Shown here: piece after piece, positions 24,601-36,400 of the stretch
Position numbering within the stretch: position 1 is the stretch's first letter
How the letters are laid out: each line of letters begins with the position of its first letter
Source: Zygnema circumcarinatum SAG 698-1b
Taxonomy: Eukaryota; Plantae; Zygnematophyceae
NCBI GenBank assembly: GCA_037447605.1
Contig: CM074820.1
Coordinates: 62,001-126,000, forward strand
Length of the DNA stretch: 64,000 nucleotides
Direction of reading: 5' to 3'
Translations under genes and position numbers: made by a program
The notes under the pieces: generated by a model
The model's input: the letters and a program-made list of their open reading frames with translations, nothing else
Database searches by the model: none
Told to the model about the DNA's origin: nothing

Positions 24601-27600
24601 CCTCTTTTGCAGGTAGCGGCGCAGCACAGAAACGGCCCCGAGGCCTTCCGCGCGGGCGCTGTGCGCGAACTGGTCGAGGAGTACCTCCGCGTGGAGGAGC
24701 CCTTCAGCCGCCTGCCTGAGGTGGGGGGGGTGGGTGGGTGGGTGGGTGGGTGGGGGGGAGAGCAGGGGGGGGNNNNNNNNNNGGGGGAGAGCAGGGGGGG
24801 GGGGCGGGTTGGGTGGTGGGTTAGCTCTGCTCATCTCACGTTACTATGCTTCCACGCAGGCTGACGTCATGGAGATTCTGAGGCAGGAGCATAAAAATGA
24901 GCCGACAGCCGTTCTTGATATCGTTCTCTCCCACCAGGTGGATTGACGCAACTCCCCTGATCGTTTTGATAAAAATGCCAGTTGCACAGTTGAAGTTAAA
25001 CGGCCATATAATTATCTGCACTTTCAATTCTCGTGCGTGAAGCCCCATTTTTTACTATCAATGATGAACAATTCCGTTTGCTTCAGCCAGACACTTGGAC
25101 CTGAGATCGCTGCTAGTTTTACCCGTATGTGCGTTGTGACTCTCTCCCTTGCAGGCGCTGAAGCGCAAGAACGAGCTTCTGCTTGGTCTCATGGCGGCCA
25201 TGGTCGCCCCCAACCCCATCCCCTACCGCAGGGAGCTGCAGCGTTGCGCGGCCCTCAGCCATGGGCCCTACTCCCAGGTCGGTCGGTTTTCCTCTTTCAA
25301 CCCTGCGATATCCCTGCATTCACTAAAAAAACGCTACCGAAACCCTGCCATTGCGAAAGCCAAACATCCATAATTCTCTGTTCGTGTGATGTGCAGGTGA
25401 CGGTGCAGGCGAGCCGCCTGCTTGAAGCCGCTCACTTGAACGACCTCCGCAGAAGGATTGTCCGCAGCCTCTCGGAGAGTGAGTTTGCGAAGAGGCAGGG
25501 GGGAGAGGAGGCGGAGCAGAGCCGCCCCTCCGCGCGGACTGACGTCAGCATGCGTCAGCTGGTGGACACGTGGCACCCCATAGAGGACGCGCTGACAGGC
25601 CTGTTCGACCACTCCAACCACAGCCTGCAGGCGAGGGCTGTGGAGGCCTACTTGAGGCGACTCTACCAGGTAGGCTCTTGTTTTAACCAACCCCTTCTAG
25701 AAAGACTGGTTTCTTGTTAATTGTTGGCTAGAAAGCAGTTGAAGCGCTCCCGTAAGTTAATCCCCTTTCTTTTTTTGGCTCGCAGCCGTATCTGGATACG
25801 AATTCCACAATCAACATCAAGTGGCAAGACCGCTGCCTGATTGCAACTTGGCAATTTTGGGAGGAGAGTCCCCCTGCTTCAGCCCTGCAGCAGGAAGGAG
25901 ATTCTGCAGCGATAGCTGAAAGTAGCGTCGTCCCCTCAGGGGCCCTGCGATGGGGGGCCATGGTGGTCGTGCCTTCACTTGCGCTCGTGAGGAGTGCCGT
26001 GAATGCAGCTCTGGCAGCCACGTGTGGAGAGAGCGTGGCAGCGCGGGTGGAGGGTGCAGAGTGGGAGAGTCTGCAGCAGAGTGTGCAGGAATCAGCCCCT
26101 TGCCAGTCGGGAAACGTCCTCCACGTGGTATCACTTGTCAAGGATGAGCCTGGCGAAAGGTGGGCGACAAAAACCTCCCTTCACGCCACTCTCGCTCCTC
26201 TCCCACACCTCTCTTCGCGCCGCCTCCCTTCCCTCCCTTCTTCCCTTTACCTGCCACGAGACGTCGTCACTTTCACTCTATCCTCTCTCACTTCTTTCCA
26301 GAAGTGTCCTGTGAATCTGGGATCTGGGATCTGGGATCTGAGTCCGAGTCCCATGAAGCATGATGATAATGATGGACATGATGTCAAGCCATAGAACAAT
26401 CTATGACTAGGGAAAAGCGTTGAACGAGCCCTGAATTCGAATCCTCCCTTGTCCTCCTTGTGCGTGCTTGACGTAGCAGCGGAGAGCAGAGCAGCGACGA
26501 GTGGTTAGGTGCCCTGGGCGGCGCCCTCCTGGGCGGCCCCGAGGGGCGCGCCCTGAGGGCGGCGGCGGGCGTGGGCGCGGTCGCCTGCACGCTGCAGCCG
26601 GGAGGGGGCCCCGCCCGCCCCCGCCGCCGCACCTTCCACTGGGCACCCGACACGTGTTGCTTCAAGGAGGAGCCGCTGCTGCACCAACTCGAGCCCCCTC
26701 TGGCCGACCTTCTGGAAACGGTCAGACTATGGCTATGACTATGGCTATGGCTATGGCTATGGGATGCGGGAGTTGCTCGCCGTTCCTTCATTTTGCCCCT
26801 CGGTCGTCTGGACGCTGACAAGGGGTGTTTTTTGCTGTGGGGAGCGCAGGAGAAGTTGCGGCATTTTGAGGGTCTGCTATACGCGCAGGTGCAGAACCGG
26901 CAGTGGCACATGTACTCCTGCACCGACCGCCCTTCAGGCATCCACCGCGCGTTTCTGCGCACAATCATTCGACCTGCGAAGTCAGCTCGGCTGCCGACCG
27001 AAGGGCCATTTGCAGAGATTGAGGAGACCTCTCCCGAGCATTCGCCTCGAACGCAGGCATTTCTCTGCTCTCCTTTGTCCGAGCAGGCAATTCCGCTGCA
27101 ACCACGCAATCTACAGGAGAGGCTCACACCTGCCAAGTCCCCTCTCCAGCCTTCAAGTTCTGACGAAGATGAGCCTTCCCTTTCCGGCACAGCTGTCAGT
27201 GAAGGAGTCTCCGGAGGAAAGCTGCAGGAGCAGGTGGATTCAATTCTTGAAGGTTTGGCTCGGGCCATTCAGGGAGCTTTGGATGAATTAGAGCTTGCAC
27301 TTCACAGCTCGTCTTCCGATCGCCGTCCGGGGCACATCCACCTCTATATGTCTGTACTTCAGACTTTGGATTTGAGGTCAGATATGGTAGCGAGAGTGGG
27401 GCTTAAACAGGACAGAGGGAGGGTGGAGGCGGCTGTGGCTGCTTTGGAGAGCATGGGGATGGCGTTGGACCAAAAGTTTGCTGCGAAGATGTCCAAGGCC
27501 GGAATTATGGCGTGGGAAATGAGGCTGAGAGTGAAGATGGGGGCCCATGGCGATGGAGCATGGCGCATTTTGGCGAGCAATCCGAGCGGACATGCTGTGA

Positions 27601-30547
27601 ATTTGGAGGTGAGAGGACATGTCAAAACGTAGAGCCTCCAGAGTGAAGTGAAGGATGAAGGATGATTCGGTAGTGCATTCAGGTCAACCCTTGGATGTGC
27701 CCATCCGTCTCGTGTTTGTACGGATTGAAGCGACGACAGTTGGTTGAATACCAACATGGAGCATTTTGAAAGACTGAGAGTCTGATGCGTGTTTCTGATG
27801 CTTGTTGAGATGTTTGCAGATATGTCGCGAAGCTAAAGTGGAGTCTGGACAAGTGATATACATGTCTGTTCCAGGACGGGCTCAGGGAGCCCTGCACAGC
27901 ACCCCTCTGTTGGCCCCCTACTCCCCCCTCGGCGTAATTGACCGTCGCAGACTGTCGGCCCGAAAGCAAAGAACCACTTATGTTCACGACTTCCCTCAGG
28001 TCGACTTCAGGAAGCATGAAAAAGACTATCAGCACCTGTTTGTCTGCTTTGTTGCTTCCATCAAAAACTCTTAAACCTGGAATATGTTGGGATATGACAC
28101 TGACATGTAAAAAAGTGCTTCTTTGCCAGGTGTTTGAGGCTGCGGTTCGGTCTGCATGGGCTGCTACAAGGCAGGAAAACTCCCTCTTGAACGGCCCTCG
28201 CCCGAATGAGCCTCTTTTTGAAGCTCGAGAGCTCGTTTTCTCTGGCAATGCAGCAGGGCAGAAATGTCCACTCATTGAGGTGCCACTTAACAGCGGTTTG
28301 GGCAACAAAAAGTGCGCCATGGTAGGGTGGCGGTTTTCCATGAAGACCCCCGAGTGCCCTTCCGGACGGGATATTATGGTTGTCGCCAATGACATAACTG
28401 TGAATTCGGGTGCGTTTGCTCCGGTGGAAGACGCCCTCTTCAAAGCAGTTACCGAAATGGCCTGCAGGAAGCGGCTGCCTCTTGTATATTTGGCTGCAAA
28501 CTCGGGAGCTCGCATTGGACTGGCTGAGGAGGTTAAAGCCTGCTTCAGAGTCGGCTGGTTGAACGCAGGCAGCCCAGAGAAGGGCTTTCAGTATCTTTAT
28601 TTGACTCCTGAAGACTATGCCAGAATCAAAAACTCCGTTAGGGTGCAGAAAATTTCGGTGAAAGCAGACAAGGCGGCGTCAAGCAGCAAGGGGGGAGTCT
28701 GTGAAGGAGAGAGAGAGGCGGAAAGCTCTGAGGAGGTGCGCTACATGATAGTGGGCGTGATAGGCGAGGAGGATGGCTTAGGAGTCGAGTGCCTCTCGGG
28801 AAGTGGAGCAATTGCAGGAGCATTCTCGCAAGCGTATTCAGAGCTCCCTTTCACCCTCACCTTTGTCACGGGCCGCACTGTTGGCATTGGAGCGTACCTT
28901 GCTCGTCTGGGTATTCGCTGCATTCAACGCATTGACCAGCCCATCATACTGACCGGATATCAAGCTCTCAACAAGCTGCTCGGGCGCGAGGTCTACACTT
29001 CCCATATGCAGGTGTGAACACTCACACCCCCCCTCTCTCTTCCCCCCCCCCCCCCNNNNNNNNNNGAACACTCACACCCCCCCTCTCTCTTCCCCCCCCC
29101 CCCCCTCCCCCACCCAAAAAAAAAAAAACATTTTGCAAAGTCGTATCTGAAGACCGGCTGTTACCTCCCACCGAACTTTTTTCTGTTTTCCTTTTTGCAG
29201 CTGGGTGGACCCAAGGTGATGGCTACTAACGGCGTTGTCCACAAGACGGTGGCTGACGATGGAGAGGGCATCAGCGCCATCCTGCAGTGGCTCAGCTATG
29301 TGCCGCAAGTGGGAGGAGGCCCTCTCCCATTGCTCAAAACTTCTGACCCAATTGACCGCTCAGTGGGGTACATTCCCGAGGTTTCCTGCGACCCAAGAGC
29401 CGCCATTGCAGGTGAAGTAGGCAGTGACGGGGTGTGGAAGGGAGGGCTATTTGACAGAGGGAGTTTTACTGAGACATGGCCCACATGGGCGCAGACCGTC
29501 GTCACAGGAAGGGCTCGATTGGGGGGCATTCCTATGGGAGTGATAGCGGTAGAAGTAAAGACTGTGATGCAGAAAATTCCTGCAGACCCTGGCCAGCCCG
29601 AGTCGCAGGAAAGAATGCAGCCGCAAGCAGGGCAGGTGTGGTTTCCCGACTCGGCCACGAAAACAGCACACGCAATGCGTGACTTCAATCGCGAGGGACT
29701 CCCTCTCTTCATATTCTCGAACTGGCGGGGCTTTTCCGGCGGGCAGAGAGATCTCTTTGAGGGCATTCTTCAGGCCGGTTCGCTCATAGTGGAGCAGCTT
29801 CGCAGCTACCGCCAACCAGTGTTTGTGTATATTCCGAAGACGGGAGAGCTGAGAGGAGGGGCATGGGTGGTTATCGACAGTCAGATCAATCCGAGAATGG
29901 TGGAGATGTATGCGGAAACGGGAGCTCGTGGTGGAGTGCTTGAACCGGAAGGTTTGGTGGAGATAAAGTTTCGTGAGCGGGAGCTGCATCAGGCCATGCA
30001 TCGCTTGGACCCGGAGTTGATTGAATTGAACCGCAAGGGGCTGTCTGGTGAGGCGAACGTGGCAGAGGTCACTGACAAAATCAAGCTGCGCGAGAGTGAA
30101 CTGCTTGGAGTGTATAAGCAGGTTGCAGTCAAATTTGCTGAGCTTCATGATACGCCTCACAGAATGAAAGCCAAAGGAGTGATTCGAGCGATCATACCGT
30201 GGGAACAGTCTAGGCGGTTCTTCTATCGCAGACTCAACCGCCGACTTGCAGAGCTCAGGCTTGTGGCTGCAACGCATTCGAAGGTGGCAGCTCCCTCCGG
30301 AGAGAGGAGCTGTCCCGGTTTGGAGGCGGGGATGGAGGCAGAGGTGGCTTTGGCCGTTCTGCGGACCATGTTCGCCAAGAGTCACTGCAGGGAGAGGGCT
30401 GCGGCAGCGGAAGGAGAGGGCGGCGTAGCAGAGAGCTTGGAGCCCATGATGGAGGAGGACGAGGAGTATGCGAAGTGGTGCGAGCAGCTCTCAGAGCAGA
30501 CGCTGCCGGGCATGGCCGCTGCATCGCATGCCTCTGGAAATGCATGA
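18681..30547 (+). CDS. ACC1: Homomeric (eukaryote-type) acetyl-CoA carboxylase, multi-exon
   Basis: BC domain: [65 protein letters not shown]: [11 protein letters not shown] (~22915-22945). CT domain: [56 protein letters not shown]. Both N-gaps fall in introns. Confidence 0.97.
24773..24781. other. Assembly gap (N run) in an ACC intron
   Basis: N bases flanked on both sides by duplicated GGGGAGAGCAGGGGGGG. Confidence 0.99.
29056..29065. other. Assembly gap (N run) in an ACC intron
   Basis: N bases flanked on both sides by a duplicated GAACACTCACACCCCCCTCTCTCTTCCCC.. segment. Confidence 0.99.
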
Positions 30548-31743
30548 TGGAAGGGGAGGGAGGCTTCGGCCATCATCTCGCCATAGTCGTAGTAGTCGCT
30601 GCTTCAAGAAGCAGCGGGAAATTGAAAACGCGTTTGTTAGTGTGAATAAGGTTGAGTTATGGCAGTCCATTTAAGGACTGAGCCAGGCTCTCTCTTCTTG
30701 TTTGGCCGCAAATCACTAAAACATTTCTTTATTCTTCATAGGGAGTGTCCACAAATGTTCGCTTCCTATTTGTATATCGGACTTCAGACAGCGTCAAATG
30801 TTCGTTCATGAACGTACGCTTGTAGTTGAATAAATTCTATATCTGTAGGCGATGCACTGTAGATGCGTTCGACGAATGGATACGCCGTTTCTGATAGCAT
30901 GACAGCATGTAGGAATTTGGAGATGTTTTAGAAAAGGCAATGATAACTTCGATTTGAACTTCAATATCCGACCGACATGAGATAGACCGTTTTTTTGTGA
31001 TTGCCGTCCTTTCCAGGTGGCCGCATGCCCCTGCGTGTCGGAAACGGAAGAGTCGCAAGGATTTTTGTTTCTTGTTCGAAATATGCTTTTGAATCGACAC
31101 TATGCTGGCACTCGGTCAAGTTAATCAAATGCTTCGACTGCGGAGACATGGGAGTCCGCTCCTTTCTACGGAGTCAGAAAGGACATGTTAGACCCAAAAC
31201 TTTGTACAAAAAGGAAAATAATGAACACCAAACCCACGAGATTTGAAACAGTTGCTTACATTTCACGTGAGCCATAAGCTGCTCACGGCTGACGCTAGCA
31301 ATTATTTTCGTCCGCACTTAAAGCCTATGTACAGCACATAAAGGACGACAAGGTTTGGCTCTAGTCTGCCTCGGAGTTGCGCATCTCAGAGGGAGATGCA
31401 GCTGCTGTAGCCTATCAGTGCCCAACATCTGCTCACGACTTGCTTCGAAATCGTATCGAGTTTCATGAGCTCACAAGAAAAAAGGTTCTCTGGATCCTAC
31501 GGCAATTGCAGAAGCAGTACGTTCCAACTATTCCTGAGTTCAGTTCCCTGACTAAACCACTGCCTATGGGATCCAACTGGAATTCGGTGTTAATCACTTT
31601 AATGCTGACTCTATTGATGATAAGGTACAAGAATTATCAAGGAGGATCCTTAGGAAGGTCGGTGCTCTGGATAGCCCCTTGATGCAAAAACAGACGAAAC
31701 CATTTTGACGTCCCACATTCTAAGCATTTATAGCTGAGAGGTT

Positions 31744-32238
31744 TCATGCCGTTGCAGCAGCTCCATCATTGTAGCCGCCAAATATAAGCCAAAAAAATAG
31801 TGCAAGGACAAAAGCAACCATCAGCATAACCGAGCCGGATAAGAAGCTCCCAATCCAAAGTGCACCTCCCCCGTCCAGCCACGGCACATACCATTCGTCT
31901 TCATCCATCTCGTCTCCATCTTCAATCTCCAATGTCACTGTATCCGTCGCTTCTCTGCCTTCAAAAGGCCCCCCTCTTCGCTGAAACTCCAAATCTCTTC
32001 CCTCTACCCTTCCTCTCTTGTCACACTTTTCCGCCTTTCCAGTTTCTGCTTCACCTTCAGTCCCTTCTTTCCTGCAAGAGCTTCCAGGCGTTTCGGTAAC
32101 CTCACTATGAGCCAGTAATGGCTGATGAGGATTTTCTGAACACGCGCTTTCGGCCAAGTCACAGCAATCTGCCTGAGACACTCCATTGGACGACTCAATG
32201 CTTTCATCAGGACAGCGCCGAGCTCTATCTGCCGCCAT
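31744..32238 (-). CDS. Small acidic protein with a C-terminal hydrophobic helix (putative tail-anchored membrane protein, unrecognised family)
   Basis: 164-aa ORF with an acidic, disordered N-terminus, then GALWIGSFLSGSVMLMVAFVLALFFWLIFGG. It lies downstream of a GC-rich promoter-like island (TGACGTCA ~32554, CCAAT ~32614). Confidence 0.5.
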   Translation of the reverse strand: MAADRARRCPDESIESSNGVSQADCCDLAESACSENPHQPLLAHSEVTETPGSSCRKEGTEGEAETGKAEKCDKRGRVEGRDLEFQRRGGPFEGREATDTVTLEIEDGDEMDEDEWYVPWLDGGGALWIGSFLSGSVMLMVAFVLALFFWLIFGGYNDGAAATA

Positions 32239-33488
32239 CCAGTGAAATTATCCGTAATAACTTAGAAGAAATCCTCAACGAGCGAAGGGCTTACTTCAGA
32301 GCGCCCCAGAAAAGTAATTCGTCGATCAATCGCAAGAATAACGCGGATTGGACTAGAAACAGGCACAGCCGAACAATGCCTCCATCGCTTCTGTTAATGC
32401 CTACACAAATTGCAGCCAGCTGCCCCCAATTCCTCTTCAAACGAGCTGCCAATGTCCACCCCTTGCAGCCATTCCTCCGCTTCTTCTACGGAAAAGCAGC
32501 TGCCTCCTCGCGCGCTCCTCGCTCGCGGGCGAGTGCCGGCGCAACCGCGCAGTGACGTCAGCCTCAGTCTGAGCGCAAACCGTCCGGTGTCCGTATGCGT
32601 GTACGAACGAGCGCTGATTGGCCGCAGAGCGAACAGTCGCGGAGCGGCGCGGAGCCGCCGGGGGGAGGAAGCGGCGGACGGTTACGAGCTGTGGGCGGGA
32701 GGGGGAGAGGGAGAGGGAGAGGGAGAGGGAGAGGGACTGCGGGAGGGAAGGTGGAGCGAGGGAGGAAGAGGATGGGAGAAGTGGAGCAGCATCGCTGCAT
32801 TGCCTTTTCGTGTGCGGAGAGAGAACCGTGTTTCGAACAGCTCCGAATCCTGGAGCACACGCTATATCACTAAAAGAATGGAAGGAGCAGAAAGTAAAAA
32901 AAAAAAACCGATGAACGGACTTGTTTGTGCACATTGTGTACGTTTGTGTGTCCTTTCGCAGATGTTGCGAGACAAGCAGTGTTCGATGGCAGCACGTGTG
33001 TGTACTTGTCTCGCTCTCAATACCGCCAACTCAAGAAAGATATGTGGCAAGAAAGAGGGGCCGTCGACTGTACGTCTGGGCGGAGTGCAGCCTTTCTGAG
33101 GGCGATGGGAGCTGCCAGTGCCACGCTTCGGGGACGAGGCCCGCAACGAGAGGCTGCAGCCGCCGCAGGGATAGGCGTCGTCAGCCGCTTGGCTGCCGGG
33201 CTGCAGTGTGTAGGGTCGTTTTAAGAAAACTGTTCGAATATATTTTATCTTTTGGTAGGATCGCTGCCGCAAAAACTGAGCATGTCTCACCATGCACACA
33301 GACGCCATCCCATGGTCGACTCCAGAGCTCTCTGAGAGCTTAAATCATTCGATTACCAAGGGAATTGAAAAACAAGGATTAACTCATCAAAACTGGTGGC
33401 TAGAAGTTGCTGTCACCGGTCAAACGAGGCAACCCACAGACACTCCTCGCCCGCCTTCTTTTGCCGCGACCTCTTTAAGGGAGTCATG

Positions 33489-36400
33489 CTACAGGCCAAG
33501 CCTACAAACCGGGTTGGTTTTGATGAGGTTCAGGTCAACCTGCGCCACATACAGCCACCGTGATGACAAAGTAAGACAACATAGCAAGAAGTACACCTGA
33601 TTCACACAAAACCGTACGGGGGTAGGGTGAACCGCAAGGCCCGACTGCTCGATGAAACAAGGACAAGAGTGCTACCTGCCATTCGCCACATGCATCCATG
33701 TGCAAGTGCAGACAAACCACTCACACATCATCAAGGTCCTTCTAGGCCACTCCTGGAGACGGCGGGGTTAGACGTTACAAGAGGTTGCACATTCACACTT
33801 CTATGCGAAAAAGCCACCGACCGTGCTGCTTACCTTGGGTCCGAACAAGTCACGAATGTTATCAATGCCATAGAGAATCATAGTAGGCCTGCAATAACAC
33901 CCGCCAGACAACTCCCCTTCAAATGACGAACAGGCGGCTGTCAGAGAGAGACATTTGCCCGGTCCTCAAGGTCCCCTTCTGACTTCCCACCAACCGGAAC
34001 TCTTCTTCAAGCTCCTCAAGCGTCGTCACTTTCAGCTGCAGAGGAGCAGATCTCTACTCCCTAGCGTAAAGAACCTCTTTCGATCAATCACGGTGGGCAA
34101 GATCTTTGGGTGATTCAAAACATAGATCGTTTCGCGCCCATGGCGACAACTCTAACGCTCACCTCTCCAGCGACAGTCCCCAGCCATGGACCTCTACATC
34201 GGGCGGCAGTCCCATAGGCCGCAGCATTTCAGGGCGGAACATCCCCGAGTTGCCGATCTCCACCCACTTCTTCAACTGCTCGTGATAACTGCCATTCCCC
34301 CCTCCCCCAGCAAACCCACTTAGTGTCTGCGGAGAAGCTAACACCACTCCAAGGTCGCATTGCTGCAGAGGGCCGAGGAATACCTGAAGATTTCCATGCT
34401 GGGTTCCGTGTAGGGGTTGTAGGCGGGTTTGAAGCGCAGTTTTGTTATGCCTGTGCCCCCGCTGTGTGCCCCTTCCAGTCACGGCTTTACCCCACAGGCA
34501 TGAGCGCCTCTGGGGAGATGGACCTTGACAAAACCCAAACTGAACGAATGTGTTTAAGGAGGATTTCCAGGAAACACTGTCCGAAAACTTAAGGCTCCTG
34601 CCAATAGCAGAGGGTGGCTGAGAACAGATGCGGCACCTAGACGACCAAAAAAGTCGTTAATTATTCCAATTAGATCACCAAGTGTGGTTCCCCGCTCGCA
34701 TATAACACCTGCGTCAAGACACGCTCCATAGTTTCTGCAGTCAGCCTTCAAAACCGTCGAAGATGGATGCCCAGGAGGAGCAAGCAAGGAGCACGCTCAT
34801 AGCAGCCGTGGATTTGGCATGCCACTTGCCTTCTATTTGATGAAACTCCGCCAGATGGGTTCTGTCTACTGCTTCATTTCTGAACACTCGGTCGATGGAG
34901 AAATACTTCTTGGGCTGGAAACCGTCCTGCTTGCTCCTCAAAGCCAGTGGGTGCCCAGGTCAGCTCTGTTCTCTGTCAGCCTGCAGGGGCTGACAGAAGC
35001 TACCATGGCAGGGGGGGGGGGGGGGAGGAGAGAGACCCACCTGAGCGAGGCGGTAAAGCATCCGCGATGAAACTGCCGTCGTGTGCGTCCGCAGAAGGTT
35101 CTTCTCTGTCTCTGCGCGCTTCCAGTCACTCCCATACCTGACCACACCTCCCAGGAGGTGTAACCGCTGCTGTTGCCAGAGCCTCATAGCAGGAATGAGA
35201 GTGCCACCACTAAGATAGTTCTGTCGGTGACAAGAGTGGATGCTCATCCGTACAGCTAAGCATCTCCCTTCCACACCACAACGAAATTGAACCCAATGCA
35301 TTTTCAAAGGTACCCTCTGCATAAAATGACACAACTCTACTCACTCACCCAATCGATCCATGTCCTCCTCTCTCATGAATTTGCTGCACTCTTTGCCAGT
35401 AGCCTTCTGGCAGGTTTTTTGTCGTTGCGGGCTCTGCAGTGCACGGCAATGGAAACAGCTGATGAGATATCGACCCTGGACCATGCGGGGGAGCTGATCG
35501 CAAAGTCTACAGATAGGGGGCGAAATGAGTCGGCAGCCAAGTAAGATCGCAGAGGACCCTTCAGAAAGAGGCTTCCCCACCTTTCAAAAAGAAAGTGTCA
35601 TGCGAGTCACGGGCAGGATGCTGCTGTGGCTGAAAGAGGGCATCAAAGTTCCAGAAACTGCACGGGAATGCAATCAAGTACAAAGTTATTGCTTCAGAGC
35701 AGAGAAGAAGGACAGCAGCAGTCTCACTGGTGGGCACGGCTGCTGCTGGAGAGTGACTGTAGGCTGAGTGAGTGAGTGCAGGGAGTGTAAATGTAGGCTG
35801 AGTGAGTGTAGAGAGAGTCAGTGTAGGGTGAGCAAGTTTAGGGAGAGTGAGCATAGGGACAGTGAGTGTAGGAATAGAGAGTGTAAGGAAAGTGAGTGCA
35901 GGGAGAGTGAGTGTAGGCAGGATGAGTGAGTGAAGGGAGAGTGTGTGCAAGCAGAGTAAGCGTAGGGAGAGTGAGTGTAGGGAAGTGCATCAATACATTT
36001 TTCAAATTGGGTCCTCAGTACTAGCATTTTCCATAATGCATTTGCTATGCAACTAAATGACGTCTTTCTGCTTTCACTACATTTGTTTGCTCCCATCAGA
36101 TCACAGGTACCTGCTCTCCACAAAGTTGTTTGTAGGCATCTCCTCAAATCTGCTTTCCATCCACCAGTTATGACCAGAACCACAATGAGATCACCAGACA
36201 GAGCTCACTACCGCGCCCTGCTTCACACTCTCAACCTCATGACGGGTGCACCAGTTCGGATTATCTCACCCCATTTCCAAGAAAATGCTGCGAAATTCTG
36301 CTCGCACCTGCCGCCACCCTCAGGAAGACTGTCTGCTTCTTAATCTGGAGCTGGCGAAAGAGGGAGCATTAGGGGAGAGTAACATCCAGGGTCAATTCCT

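Noticed and set aside
29016-29100. Direct duplication flanking the N run (also at 24755-24800)
   Set aside because: Typical scaffold-gap overlap artefact at homopolymers, not a target-site duplication.
32925-33224. 99-aa plus-strand ORF after a plausible acceptor
   Set aside because: No recognisable motif and no convincing first exon; may be UTR sequence.
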